A stretch of DNA of 64,000 bases from Hamiltosporidium tvaerminnensis FI-OER-3-3. Lineage: Eukaryota > Fungi > Microsporidia. The position numbers and the translations under genes were made by a program. Each line of letters opens with the position of its first letter. Within the stretch, counting starts at the first letter, position 1. The notes below the pieces were generated by a model that saw only the letters and a program-made list of their open reading frames with translations, did no database searches and was not told where the DNA came from. The stretch spans positions 496,001 to 560,000 of the forward strand of contig JAKIMF020000007.1 in the NCBI GenBank assembly GCA_022605425.2, read 5' to 3'. Shown here piece after piece: positions 1 to 14,400 of the stretch.

Positions 1-2
1 TA

Positions 3-677
3 AAAATCACTTATGATTCTGCAAATAAGCTTTTTCATACTTTTTGTAAGCAAAAAACAAATTTGGGTAGCAATGTTGATGATATTTTAAGAGAGAAAAT
101 GAATAATATTGTAAAAAACAAGAAAATAGAGGATTTACTAGATTTTTGTAAAATTATTCAAACTTTTATTCGTATAAGTTTTGAATTCTATTTGCAAATC
201 GATAACTTTAAACAAGAAGACGCAAAGAATTCAGTAGAAAAACTTATTTCTACTGTGATTGATGGAATGTGTAACGAGTATAATAAAACAAGCAATCAAG
301 AAGAAATTGAGAAAATCAAAACAAAAGCATAAAAAAGCTTAACCGCTGTTTTTTCATACCTTAAATATTGCTGCAAAGAAGTGCTTGAACATTGTAAGAA
401 AGAAAATAATTTTACGCAAAACCACAACAAAAACGATAAATTTGATCCTGAAAATATCAACAAAGATATTGCACTTAAATTGCTCAAAGAAAAAATTATA
501 AAAAATATATCTCCTTTTAAAAAAGATCTTATTAATATTTTAAAATGTTTTTTTATGCGGTTTAAATTCACAGCGGAAGAAATATTTACCGATTATAACT
601 TTATTTTTGCTATTTCGGATTGTTTATTGCGAAACGCCATATCATCTTTAGAAATATTACAACCAATTTTTCAATAA
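3..677 (+). pseudogene. 3' part of a hypothetical-protein gene with one in-frame stop
   Basis: ORFs 63-332 and 381-677 share a frame that is open from the window start and between them except for TAA at 330-332. No recognisable domain. Confidence 0.35.
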
Positions 678-2422
678 AATGCAATGGATCTATATTTAAT
701 TTCTTCTTGTAATTTATGTATTTGAACAATATAAACCAATTTTTTGTGCCTAAGGTGCAGTGAACATATATCAGAATTGACTTCGAAATGCTGGTTTCGA
801 TGCACCTCTCTTGGTTAGTACATGCTCGTCCTTCCAATGAGAAAGTTTGCGTCGGGCCGACACCTTAAACTATCATGTGAAAACCCAACATCAATCTCAT
901 CTAATTCACGGTTATAGTTCATTCTGGATTCTGCTTCTATATGTAGGAAACTAATAAACAGAAAGAAAATCACAATTCCTGGTAATAAATATAATAGCTA
1001 AAAATATTTCGTTTTTCACGGCTTTCATGCTAGGTTTGATCTTTTGAAATCAAAGAAACATAATTTAATGACTTTTATACATAAACCTAAAGATGATATT
1101 ACCAGAGAATATCACAACAGTACAAATGTGTCAAATTAAATGCGAAAATTATTTTCAGAGACATACAAATATAAAAACGACGGATTCTATCTAAACTTAT
1201 CCCTCGCGAAATTTTGTAAAAATAACTACAAATTATACCAGTCCTAAATTACGTTACATTTTTAATATTCGATCTATAAACCTGCCAAAAATATGGTGAA
1301 CCTGATTATTAACATTCATAACATTGAACCCGATATAATATTCACAGAAAATACCTAAGTGTTAATGAGTAAAAAAGCAAATAATCGGGATTCTTTCTTA
1401 TAAAATTATCGAAGAGATTAAAAGATTTTTATAAAAACCGAAAAGTAAATGAACTTTGTTTTAATTAGTAATTTGGTTGTGCTATCGAGGTTCTTATGTT
1501 GAAATTTGCACTAAAGTAAGCTAAAAAAAAGAAATTTAATATTATAGATGGTAAATTCCCTCAATCATAGGAGTCATTATTCTTATCGATAGTATTTTTA
1601 TAGTAACCTAAGAAAATGATTTGTTTGAGAAAAAAGGGTATAAAACGATTTAAAAGGTGGTGTCCTAGCATATAAGCCTATAAGGTTTGTAAGTTATTAC
1701 TTAAATAATGTTTAGTGAATTATCTACTATATATATTTTAAAAACCTAAATTAATTTCTATAATTTCATTATAATGCAAACCCTACTGAGTAATAGAAGA
1801 GTTAGCACACAAAGCGAATTTTAGATGTGCGATTCAGATGAGCAATTCTAAAAATCCCATATTCGTTCTAAACTTATTTTTTTCAGTGGATAGACAAGCA
1901 CTTTTGTCTTCAAAAACTAAGAATAAGTTGGGAATAAAAAGGTCTAATGATAACCTAATAAAAATGACTGCTAAAAATACAATTGAATACATGAGTCCTT
2001 GAATCTTTCCTATATAAATTATCATTTAAAAGCCTAGAATGACTTGTTAAATTTTTTTTGGGATTATTGAGTAATTAAGAAGGAATTAATAAAGAGTTTT
2101 TAGCTGTTTATATATATTTATTATGCTAATGTCGGGTTTTAGATCTTAATTTCAGTAAAATGAAATATAAAAGCTTGTAATATATAAAATTAAATATTTT
2201 ATACCTGAATAGCTCAACAAAGCAAACTTCTTATATTTATATCATCATTCATTCATATATGTTTGACCAAGTTTAGGCTTTTTTATAAATGTATAAACAA
2301 ATGAAAAATTAGAATGAAATTCTTTTCTGGTATTACAAGTCCTTATGAATAAATTATCTCTTCGAACTGTTTGAAATACCTAAAATGTTGAACAGGATAT
2401 TATTAAGCTATGTTTAAAAAAA

Positions 2423-2650
2423 TTTTTCACCATGCTGGGAGCAGAATTGGCTTGGAGTATATTCGGCTTGTGGTAATAGGCAACTAAAAGAGACTGATAC
2501 TCCATGTTGAGCGTAGAGCTAACAACCCACTCATTAAAACACCCTTGTTACGAAACCTGAAAAAATAAACAAAACCTCTGGAAAAAGACCAGAAAGCTGT
2601 ATTACTAAGAGTGGCAAAGGCTCGTATAGGGTTCTATTGCCAAGAATGTA
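2423..2650 (+). mobile_element. Short non-autonomous RTE-related retroposon (SINE-like)
   Basis: Flanked by 14-bp direct repeats TATGTTTAAAAAAA (2409-2422, 2651-2664). Core GTTGAGCGTAGAGCTAACAACC...TTGTTACGAAACC and tail AGGCTCGTATAGGGTTCTATTGCCAA resemble the element at 62418-62611. Confidence 0.7.
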
Positions 2651-3799
2651 TATGTTTAAAAAAAAATCGCGTATTAGATTGTAATTTTACACCAAATTAA
2701 CTCTAATTTATGTTCTACTTATTGGTATTAACCAAGGAAATCATGTTTGAGTATTTCGATTTTTGATTCTTTTAAAAGTAATTAAAGTGTTGCTTTTTAC
2801 CATAACTTTCTAAAATGAAAATTAAACCTAAATTAAATTTATGCCCGAATAGGCATTGGAGTGGAAACCAAAAGAACGGAAATAAAACGAATAAAACGTT
2901 TTTGGAATGTTTTAATTAACACTTAAGTAGGATTTTGCAAATCATAGTCAAAATCTTCTTATTTTCTTAATTTTTAGAAAATGAATGAGTAGCAAAGTTC
3001 TTAAAAAATTCTAAATGCCATCTTATAAGGGGATTCAAGTTGGTTAACTAGATATTTTTTGAGATTAATTCAAAACAAAAATTACAAGCTATAATAAAGG
3101 ATCTCGTTTCTATAGCATAATAAATCCCTTTTGATTTTATGAAAAATTTGGCTATTTTTGAACAACAATAAAGAAAAGAGAAACATTTAGTCTAAATTAT
3201 GCGTTTTTATCATCTTTGCATCATAAAATGCGTGCTTTAGCAAAAATGATTTTCTTCCTAGCATTTGTTTACCTAGGAATTATATCAGCCTAACTAAAAT
3301 TACTACACGATTCTGTTTGCTTAAATTTTATTCGAATCGACATTTTTTGGCTTTTAAAATAATTACTTGAAAAAACATTCAACCAATAATTCTGTTTTTA
3401 TTTACGTATATAAATTTGCATGCAAATAGTGTCTTAATATATTAATTTCTCTTGTTAAGATGCATGTTTTAGTGCATAACTCAAATATTACTCATCCGAA
3501 AGTTAATGTGTTGGAATCATGCTTAAATAGTAAGGAATATTAAAGCATCGAATTCTATTTAATTAAGTAAATATTAAAAGATTGCATGGTTAATACACTA
3601 CATTATTAGGAGCGATCTAATTTTTAAAATGCTTGTATCAAATAAAAATTTTTCATAGAACATTCCACAGATTAATTTTAGAATATATTAGAAATATTAA
3701 TTCCCTTAACAATCCCATATAAGTTAAATATTGCTCAACAGAATAGGCAAGACCTACCAAACTTTCCTGCATTTATATGTTCGAAAATTCAGCAAAAAT

Positions 3800-4423
3800 T
3801 ATCTTGTTTTACTTTAACGAATTCATTTATTTTAAATTTAAAAATGTTAGACCCAAACTTTTGCAACAAAAAAATCAAACTAGTCTTTTTCCTTGAAATA
3901 TTCAATTTTAAGAGATTATAAAATCGGTTTTTGTTACTTTTATCTTGTTCATTTTGCTTTTGAATATGCTTCGTTCAGCTTAAAAACATCTTCTCATTCT
4001 TAATTCACCTCGATTTAGATGTTTGTTTCTTAACTATCCAGATTTGCTAAGCTTTAATCTTGATATTAGAATTAATTTAAAAATTATTTTTCTATTAAAT
4101 TGAAATTGTAGATATTTATTTTACTTTTGTTTCATTTAAGCTTCGGTTTGTATTCTTTTTGATTGATATACTTAAATCAGAGTAAAAGAACCTCTTTTTT
4201 CTAATTAAGCTCTAATTCAGTTTTACTGCCAATAAAGCTAAATATATATTGATTTTGTTCTTCTAAAATATAATATATTATCTAGATCAGGGGTCTCTAA
4301 AACTACCGCCCATGGATTATTTTTATTCGGGTTGCGGCGACATTTTTCTGGCTCGCTGCGATTTTTTTTAAATAAGGAAATTAAATAAAAAAATATGGAT
4401 AAATAATACAAAATAAATTGCAA
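3800..4423 (-). pseudogene. Possible degraded secreted or LRR-like lineage-specific gene
   Basis: ORF 4238-4423 begins with a hydrophobic signal-like segment (MQFILYYLSIFFYLISLF); coding-like but interrupted sequence continues downstream. Boundary approximate. Confidence 0.2.
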
Positions 4424-4926
4424 TTATAGACAATTAGGGCATGAATTTGTAATACAAAGAAGATTCATAGAGTTTTCATTATTTTTTGAAACTAACAATT
4501 ATTTTTTTATATTATATGCTAAAAAATTAACATGAATTAACAAAATACATATGACATGATTTATTAGTAATGAGAGTGATGTATTTGAGATTTCACAGGG
4601 ATGATTTGTTGAAATTGTAGAGTAAATTTAGAAGTAGAAATTATCAGTAACGACTTCAAGTACTTATCTGTTAATTTAGATCTGTAAATGTTTTTTGTAT
4701 ATTTACCTTAGAGGATGCTTCTTCGAAAAAAAACGGTAAATCCGAAAGCGGAAATAAAACTTTGAGAAAAATTATGAACGTGATTGAATTGCTTGTCTGG
4801 AAGACTCTTATAAAATTTCAGCTATTTATGTGTCTATTTTTATCTAGAAATATCGTTAATATAAATGTTTATTTTTATGAACATTTAAATGAAGTTTTAA
4901 AAATTTGATTTAAAAATATTCATAAT

Positions 4927-7043
4927 TGTCACGGGCCAATAAACCACCACCCCCTCATGTCCAATAGAACCCCGTTATTTTCTATACATTTTTAATCTTG
5001 ATAGCAGCACCCTTTATTTTTTCATATAGCCTTTTAAGTTCTATATCCTTATAACCCATTTATTCCCTTTATTGGTATAAACTTTCCTATTTTAGTTTTC
5101 TTTCCAATATTTCATATCCATCCTTTTTTAAAATTCCTTTTGTATAAACAATAGAAGGTGTTAAATATGAATAAAATATCCAATAAAATTTATATCTTTC
5201 TTTTCAGTTCTTTTTATGCTTCTTTCAGTTTTTTGCATTTGTTAGTATTTGTAAAGCAAAATTTTGTTGTAGAATTTGATACAGGCAATAAACAACGTAA
5301 CATTGTATATAAATTAATTTAAAGCTTTCATATTATTTGTTTTTTTACCAAGTATTCAATTTATATATACATAAAAATATAATGTAATTAGAATGCCAAA
5401 GATTGTAAGTTGTAACAATAGGCAAGAAAAATAAATTTTTGCAACAAATTTAAAAACCGGTCAGTATCCAGCTGAGCATTCCAAAGAAGAAAATAAGTTG
5501 TTTAAGCAGAACATTTTACTTTGCCCGGAACTGATATTTGTTTTAAAAGGCGGGATCATCTAATAAGAGCCGTTTTTGGATTTGAAACGGCCTTGATTGA
5601 ACAAATTATTGAAACACAACATGCTGTTGAACATTTCGGTTGAATAAAATGATGGCTTTGATTGTACAAAAATACTATGGTATTCTCAAGGCATACATAA
5701 AAGAGTATGTAAAAGACTGTGAAGTGTAGTCGATTTAATTCTCTAAAAACAAATCAGCCAATATATATAAATCATATTAGCAAAAAATATGATGTTTTTA
5801 AGATGGATTGTGTAGATCTCGAGAGATACTGTGATTAAAATGATAAATATAGCTGAATTATTAATGTAATCGACACATACACCAAACATCTTGCTGCTTT
5901 AAGCTGATTAATAAAACTTCGGAATTAGTAAGAGATTCATAAAAATTTTTATTTGACAACTTTGGTGTCCCGGTGGCAATACAATCCGATAACGGTCGAT
6001 AGTTTAAAAATACACTACTTGAAGCCTTTTTAACAAATCTTAACATCAAAATTATACATGGAAGACCACGCAATCTAAAGGCGCAAGGTCAAGTGGAACG
6101 TGTAAATCAAACCATAAAAAGATGGCTAGCGAAGAAACTGCATGAAACAGGAGGAATAAGGATAACGGAACATCTTAATAATGTTTTTTGTGTCCATAAC
6201 ATAACAATACATAGTGCAACAAACAAATCTCCATTTATGCTTTTCTTCGGACAACCAGGTTTTAACAATCCACTTTCTAGAAGCATAGTAGTTGAAAACG
6301 AAGCCAAAACGATAGTGCATTCTATTATTATAGATCCTGATATAGTTTTTTCGAAGAAAAGGCAGCAGATACATAATGAATCCTGGAAATCGCCTCGGAT
6401 GTACATTAAGAATTTACTGAAACGTTAACGACCACAACCACTATAATAGCTGATGATCTTGAAATCGATAGTAAAATTTGTTCGGAGGTGGCTAAGAATT
6501 TTAAAAATTATAGAGAAAGAATTATAGAAAGCAATAATTCGAATAAACTCAAGAGAGATTTGTCTACAGAAGATCAAGTTTTGATAAAAAAAAAGACTTC
6601 GATATGAATACTAAAACTAAAAGAGTGCCTTTTGACTCTTTTTACGATAATTCGGTCTTTACAGTTACCGCTATTTTGATGAGCAACATGATTGAAGTAA
6701 AAAACAATGATGGTGACACAAGAACAGTTTTTGGAACCGTAATAAAACGTGTTTAATTTAGTTTACTTTTCAACTATTATAGGCATTTTTTATTATTTAA
6801 GTATTACTGTTAAAGTTTTTATTCTTAGTCTGGCAAAACTTGAAATATTTTTTCCGGCGAAATTCAAGTTAAAAACTATATAAGCACTTTTTAAAGAGAC
6901 CCCCCATTAAATTAAGGGAAAAAATCACTTCCTTTTTTCAAATATATGGCCTTTAGGTAAAATATATGACAATAACGGGGCTTTATAAATTATATGAAAT
7001 AACGGCGTTCTATTAAACATGGGCGGTTTAGTGGGCCGTGACA
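4927..7043 (+). mobile_element. Ginger-like (gypsy-integrase-related) DNA transposon, degenerate
   Basis: TIRs TGTCACGGGCCAATAAACC...AATAGAACCCCGTTATTT and, on the reverse complement, TGTCACGGCCCACTAAACC...AATAGAACGCCGTTATTT. 5-bp TSD ATAAT (4922-4926, 7044-7048). Broken rve integrase (QSDNGR, HGRPR..AQGQVERVNQTIKRWL, HSATNKSPF). No RT. Confidence 0.85.
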
Positions 7044-7199
7044 ATAATTAATTGTTTTTTCAATACATTAAAATAACCTAAAACACTTTAAAACCATCAA
7101 AAGATACACCGAAGTTTATTATTATAAACTCGATCTTTTCTTGTAATACAATCTGATAGCAGTTGATATTTTGAATTTTTTTTTTGAACTGCTATTAAG

Positions 7200-7990
7200 T
7201 TGCTTCTGAATCAAAGTTATACATGGGAGGCCACACAAGCTAAAAGCACCAAGTCAACTAGAAAATGTAAAACGAATTAAAAATTTATCTAGAAAAGAAA
7301 TTTCACGAAACAGGGAGAAGAAATATCGATTGAGTTTTACATTGGTATTGGCTATGCAAAATAACAGTATAAGGAGCAAAAAACAAATCAGAATTTATGT
7401 TTTATTTGAGGCAACTGGGTTCTAATAATCTACATTCCGAATGCCTAATATTGAGAACGAAGCAGGTATGATAGCATCTTTCATTCACCTAAGTTTTGTT
7501 TCTGTTATTAGATATTAAAAATAAGACAATGGCTAGTGGATCTTAAAGATCGCCTCAGATAGAGAATAAATAACCAATCGAACAGTATCGCAATAATTTT
7601 ACGAATAACTCATAATATTGAGAACATTAAAAAATTTCTGCTGAGCTTGCAAGTTTTTCCAAGACTACAAAAAGCGAATCATAAAGAACGAAAACCCGAT
7701 TAATCTCGAATTATTGTCTTTTAAAGTTCAGTGTTTAAATTTAAAAGACTTGAAAATAAATATTGAGACGAATAGACTCATTTTGACCTTTTTTAAGATT
7801 ATTCTGTTTTCAGGTAGACTGCTATTTGTAAACAATTTAACTAAATAAATAGTGAAATTGATATTAGGACAGTATACGATGACATAAAAAAGCATATTCA
7901 AGTTTATTTTTTTTATTTTTGAAATATTGGTATAAAATTATAACAGAATTTTTGGACGGAAGTTCAAATATACAACTATAGGAGTATTTT
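7200..7990 (+). mobile_element. Second, older fragment of the same Ginger-like integrase element (3' half)
   Basis: ATACATGGGAGGCCAC...CAAGTCAACTAGAA parallels 6054-6100, and GATCGCCTCAGAT parallels 6389-6401. Heavily mutated. Confidence 0.55.
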
Positions 7991-8099
7991 TTAAATGATG
8001 AGCCTCATTAACTGTCGAAACCATTCCAAAAACAAATTAAAAAAATATAAAAATATAATTAAATAAATCAATTTTTTTTGTTTAAATTCATGTTTTAGT

Positions 8100-9920
8100 G
8101 GAAAAAAATATATTGTTTTTTTATCAGGTAAAAATCTTATCAAACTGAAATGGATTGCGACAAATATGGAAGTAATGACTTAAAAACTTTGCAATTACAG
8201 GAAATTTATCACCCGATATGAATTATGAACAGAAAATATGGTTTTAAAAACGAACCGTCGATGTATAACATCAAAAATTGGTATGTATATACAGAAGTGG
8301 TTGGCAACGTCATCAAAACATTTATAGCGGATGATGATAACCGAGCGCAAGCCAAAATTTTTGATTGTAATATCGTTCTAGTCATATTGGTATAAAAAAT
8401 ATACACCAGGAAATCATAAGAAAATACTACAGGTCTAAATGAGAGTGAACAGTGGTGTTCGTTAAAATATGCAAATATTTCCAGAATTAACAGCCTTTGA
8501 AGCTAACTGATGCGATTCAGAAGATAACTGCAAATTTTCGTTGGAAAAAAATTAGACTGAGTTTGTTGATATACGGAAATACCCTAAAGATGGTGCCAGT
8601 TATAGATGAATCTTAGACATTCTGGATGTAGACTCTAAGTTTTTATTTGACTACCAACGAAAACAAAGCCAGTAGTTGGTGTTGCAAATGCGCTTAAAAA
8701 TCTTATTTTCCTCGAAAGTGCCATCTAATATTCTACAAACGAATAATAAAAAGATTTTTGTAAGAGAACAAATAAAACAAATATTTGTTGATCACAACGT
8801 TTCTTAATTACAGTAAGAGAAAGGCATCCAAAAAATCACGGACAGGTTGCGAGCTGTAACCAGACAATTGAACCAAGTTTTCTATAAATATAAGAACATC
8901 TAACCAAAAACGATTCGATTAATAAAAAAATTGTACTTTGCTACAATTAGACCTGAAACTGTGCGATAAACGTAACTCCGAGGCATTTAGAGGTCTTGGA
9001 GGCAAGAATGATATTGAATACGAGAAGACCTATTTAATGAAGAACTTTCTTCAACCTTTAAAATAAATTCATATCTCGAAAATACAGACCAAAATATCGA
9101 AATGTTGTTTGATGAAGATCAAGTAGCTGTTGAGAATAAAAGATCCAGTAAAAATGATATGGTTCCACCGCTTTAACATAAATATCAGAACAAATATGTA
9201 GCTTGTATGAAAAATGAAGCGAAGGCCCACTTATTTCGTTCAAAATTGTATCTTAGGGATGTGGGCTATTAAAGAGAGATTTCGAGAATAATCAAATGAC
9301 TAACAAAGGCGAAATTATTGCCTTCTGTGAGGAAAAACTTCGGAAAGTTTTTACTAGAAGCGGCATTGACAATGCTTAAGTAGAATGTGCGCAATCAGAA
9401 AATTGTTTACAAAAATCGTATTTAAAAGTATCATTATGATGAAATATCTTATATTGCAAGAAAATAAAGGATCAAAACATCTTTTCTTAACATATATCGT
9501 TTACAGCTTTAGTCGCAATATTTTTCATTTTTTTTGAATTTAGCTTCTCAATGACTGTTTTTTTGATTTTCTACTTAATTTATTTCCTAAACTAAAAAAA
9601 TAAAAAAATGTTAAACGATCAAAAAATGTTTTTAAGAAGAATTAGAGGGAATAAATGAATTTGGTACTATTAAATCGAGATAATATATTGCTTTTAGAGC
9701 TCGGTATGAAAGTTTTTTGTGGAATGGCTAATAGTTGTGGAATAGGTTCAACATTAAATTTTTAACAATACTACCTTTTTTCAAATATATGCTGGCTTTA
9801 AGTTGGTATATATGGGAAATAACCCAGGATATAAAATATTATATCAAATATAGAGAGGTGGATGTATAGGAAGTAAAGGGAATATATTAGAAAATTGTAG
9901 GATTTATTGGTCCGTGGAAA
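8100..9920 (+). mobile_element. Degenerate integrase-type (Ginger-like) element of a different subfamily
   Basis: Integrase-like remnants (LQTNN, RHPKNHGQVASCNQT). Right end GGATTTATTGGTCCGTGGAA resembles the inverted TIR of the 4927 element. Its 3' region recurs at ~34600-35210. Confidence 0.5.
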
Positions 9921-9945
9921 TCAATGAGGCATGTTAATAATTCAC

Positions 9946-11153
9946 CGAAAATATCAATGCGGCTACCGGAAAAATGGATCGACACCTGACCTGATCTATA
10001 CCCCAAAACAAATTCTAGAAAAAACATGGGAATATAAGATAAGTACCCACCATCTCTTTAAAGACTTCCAGCAAGCATATTAAAAAGCCAAAAAAAATAC
10101 TTTACAGAGCCATGAAAGAATTTGGCCTTCTCCTAAATTGGTTAGATTGACTAAAATGACGATGTTTGGATCGAATTGCAGAATCAGAGTATGTCGATTC
10201 TATCAGAATCAGTTGGAAAATTTAAGGGTCTAAATCAGTGAGAAGACTGGCGTGTCTACTGTTTAATTTAGGCCAGGAGAATGTAGCCTGTGACTTAGGC
10301 CTACAGGTAGGAGGTCACATATTTAACGATAAAATTCAAATTCTAGCGTACGCCGATGATGTTGATTTTATTGCAAAATCAGAAGCTAGTCTGCAAGGAG
10401 CGTATATAGCCTTGGAATCCGCAGCCAAGAAGATGTCCTGAATTATTAACATCCGCAAGCCCAAATATATGACATTTAGTAATGACCGAAGACTCCAACA
10501 ATTTGAAGACTGGGATATAGCTTTGAAAAAGTAGATTATTTTGTTTATTTAGGAACCCGAATAGATGCAACCAACAGCAGCTCTAAATAAATTGAACGAA
10601 GAATTCAGACGGCGAACAAGTGCTACTACAGTCTCTTCAACACTTTGAGTCCAAGCTCGTTAATGGGAAGGAAAATTCATGCTCTACAAAACGCTGCCAA
10701 GACCTGTTCTTATGTTTGAATCAGAATTTCGGGTTGTTAAGAAGACTGATGAGCAAAGACTAGCAGTGTTCGAAAGAAAAATACTGAATCATATTTAGGA
10801 ACCTGTAGAAGAGAAGGGCAGGTTGAAAAAACGAACAGCTGGAAATTTTACACCGAATTAAAGGATATGCTAGTGGTGGGCTTAGTCTGTCTAAACAGCT
10901 CCGTTGAGTAGAACACTTGCTAAAATAAGGCAACATCGCATACCTTCCAAATTTTTGAACCATATACCTGTCGGAAAAAGAAATCTGCGAAGATCTAAGA
11001 CTTGCTGGATCGATCAAATCAAAAAGATCGCCCGACTTCTGGGACTAGAGGACTGGTGGAATGTGATGCTGGAAATAGACGCTTCAGCGACATTGCTGAA
11101 GTTAAGCCAAGGCGATTGCAGGGCTGATGCGCCTGGGATAAAATAAATAAATT
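9946..11153 (+). mobile_element. 5'-truncated, degenerate RTE-clade non-LTR retrotransposon
   Basis: RT motif QILAYADDVD, LYKTL.RPVLM.GSE-like segment and GKRNLRRSKTCW.DQI C-terminus. RTE-type tail GCCAAGGC...AGGGCTGATGCGCC followed by (TAAA)n. Candidate TSD TAATTCAC (9938-9945, 11154-11161). Confidence 0.8.
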
Positions 11154-11299
11154 TAATTCACAAATAATTTTAAATTCATGCAGAAATTTAAAAAAAAATT
11201 ACAATTTTAATCTTTCAAAAAGATACACGCAAGTAAGATGGAACGAGAAATTCGATTCGTTTTCCAAAGTGTAATATCTTAAAAATTTTTTATACAACC

Positions 11300-14200
11300 A
11301 ATTTGAAATTTCTTAAAAATATAGCAACTATTCAAATTTGGTAAACCATAACTTTTTTAGTCTTATTATAGATATAAATAAAAATTATTTTCCTTGAATG
11401 CCTTTAAAAACCTTGTCTTTTCTAATTGTTTTTTCTAGTCTTTTAAACAGTTTCTAATTTTTTTTTCACACGATCCGAACTACATTATACAATATCGCTT
11501 CAAATCTTTGTCTGCGATGTTATAATATCAAATTTAACGTTAATACTTGTATATTTGTTATCTGATACTGGCCTACTTATTTTAAGTATCATCAAAAGAG
11601 TTAAGGCTGCATTATTTTTCGGCTTTTAAATGAACCCTGTGAGTATTTTTGTTAGCTCTCAACAGAACATGATCATTAACTGTGTTTCTTTTTTGTTTGA
11701 AACAAAACTTACAGCTATTTTTTGCGTACAATCCTACATATATAATTTCTATGCTTATTAATATCTAAAGAACTTGGGTTTATCTTATGGTATCCTGTAA
11801 CAATCAATTCTCTATTATCGGTTACTAAGATTTATACTAATACAAAATTATTTAAAAGAATTTGCCCATTCCCTAACAAGTTTAGCCTTCTTACTTGCCA
11901 AGATTCAAATATTTAAGCGAGTCTCATAAAATAATTCCTACCGCTAGATGTGTAATATTGTTGCAGTTGGTAATCTCAAATTAAACATTATGTTTATTCT
12001 AAATTCTAAAATTATTGTTTATCTGTATACTCTTATTACATTATACTTTTAATGAAGAATCTCTTAAATTTTGTGGCTTTCACTTATTTTTTTGGGCTCC
12101 AATTTTATTTATTTAATGAAAAAGAGCACATAACGAACACCTTCAGTGTTTGATGAGATGTGAATATGCCCAAGCATAGTCTTGTATCGTGTTAAATGAT
12201 ACTCTATAATTATAAAAAAAATCTACCAGTTAATTCATACCTTCTTTTGACTTCCTCGTATACATTTTAACCTTTTATGTAGCTAAAAACAGCCTTTTCA
12301 AATTTTGGTGTTTTTTATGTATTTTTATAATTAAAAAAATCTTTCTACGCTTTATTTCTAGCATTATATAAATTCAATGAGTTTTTTTTATTTCCAAATA
12401 TAGATTCGTTTTTGGGCTTTTTCTGTATTTTTTTTATGACTTCTCTTTCTACCTTATGTTTACTTTTGTAGAGTCATTTATTGGTGATATATAGATTTTA
12501 GTGGCGTTTTCCGTTTTTATTTTGCTGCTCTTCAAATAAAATACATTTGATTTTATTCGTTACAATTGGAAAAGCAAAAATCAAATGTGTTCCCAATGCA
12601 ACTTTTCTTCCTCTATTGACTTCAAGTTATGTTCTGGGATGATACGACGCTTTCTCTTTGAAGGCTTGATATTTGTATCTTCTTCTAAACCGTACCTATA
12701 TGTGATACATTATCTTGTCCATGTTGTTAGCATCTTCAAGTGGCATACGCCAATTAATGACTTGCCAAGGATATCACGGGTTGATTTCTTGTATGCAATA
12801 AAGACTTTTGCACTAATTAACTCTAGATAAAATCATACGAATCTTGTTTTGTGACTTTAAATTTCTTTAAATGTCATATAAGTAGCGTTTTTTTTGCAAT
12901 CTCTTATGATTTTCAATACTTGATCTAATCATTCAAACTAATGAAGAAATTTTAATCTTTATAAAGTATTAAATATAGCAGAATTTTCTTCTTTGATCTA
13001 TGTGTCAATAGCTTTTAACGAATAATTCGTCTTGGTTGCTATTAACAGGAAAATATAGTTGTTTTTCACAAGACATAGCTTATCTAATAACAAAAAATTA
13101 TCAGTAGAATAGAAAACTATACCATTCTATTTTGTCTCTTTTGTATATTTTCAATTGAATTTATTGCTTTAGAGACATGTACAAAGCACAAAGAAGAAAT
13201 TTAGGAGGTTGGCTTATTTTCATACACTCTGACTTTTCTATTTAAAAATGTTTTGGGTTGCTGAATACTAATTTTTACTTTTATATTGGCTTTTATGAAT
13301 GTAAGAAGAATCAAGAAGTCTATCTATATATTTTATTCTTTACAATATGTATGATTTATAGTACTATGTCTTCCGATTCGAATATATCGCTGATACTTCC
13401 TTTTGTATTTCTATCCCGCTAAAAATAGTTTAGTTTACGCAGTTGCTATTTGTATATTTCTCGCTGTTTCTAACCGATTGGTTTAGAGAAATTTTTTCGT
13501 CATTCTAATTAAAATAATTTCATTTCAAATTGTGTGTAAACATTTAAGAATTTAAGTACAATCTAAGTAATTTTCAGATACAAGTTAAAAACTTCATTTC
13601 CAAACTAATTTATAACTTCGATAGAAAAAATTAGCTTGAAGCGTCTACCCGAAATTATGATTTCTACAATTTCCAAACGATTCTATTCAACAGTCTTAAG
13701 TTTTTTGTAAAGAATATTATAGATACCATTGATTCTTGCAGCATTCACACCCGGAAGCCGTTTGATTTCACGATTAAAAATACAAATGACCGAAACATGA
13801 CCAGCTAAGTATCATATATAAATAGCCTTATAATATCTTTAGGTGTATTTTTATTTTTCTGACTGTCGTTGTTTATTAAAAACTTAAAAATTCCTTGTGA
13901 GAAACTTTTTTCTCCGAGGTAACATCTTCTTATAGCTTTCTATAAATTGAACATTCAACTTTTAAAGCAAACGCATTCTTTTTTTAGCAATCGGTCTTGT
14001 GTTTATACATCTTATTCTTTTTCCTTAGACTTTTAATGACTAATATTTTTAACAATTACTTTAAATTATTTTGATTTAATTCAAAGTACACCTCATGCAT
14101 GTTTTCTTTGGGTCTTTTGGTTTCAGAAGCGAAAAATTCTTTTTACCGAGGAACTTCTCATAATTTTTTGTTTAACTACTTAAGATCTTTCGCTCCACTG

Positions 14201-14400
14201 TTTTTTTAGGTTAATTTAAAATTCTAACTGTATATTGTCATATCATACCATACACTTTTGCCCCGTATAAAAACTTTAAACGTCTCTAATTTTAACTTGC
14301 ATATTGGAATGCTCATATATTTAACCAACAATTTAACAGGCCATAACGATCTAATAACAAAATCAACTAAGATTTCGAGGTAGAATTATTACTTTTCCAA
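11300..14400 (-). mobile_element. Highly eroded Ty3/gypsy-like pol remnant
   Basis: Scattered minus-strand fragments resemble RT, the integrase Zn-finger (YH...LGH) and the integrase core (VSDN). No ORF or LTR recognisable. Confidence 0.3.
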
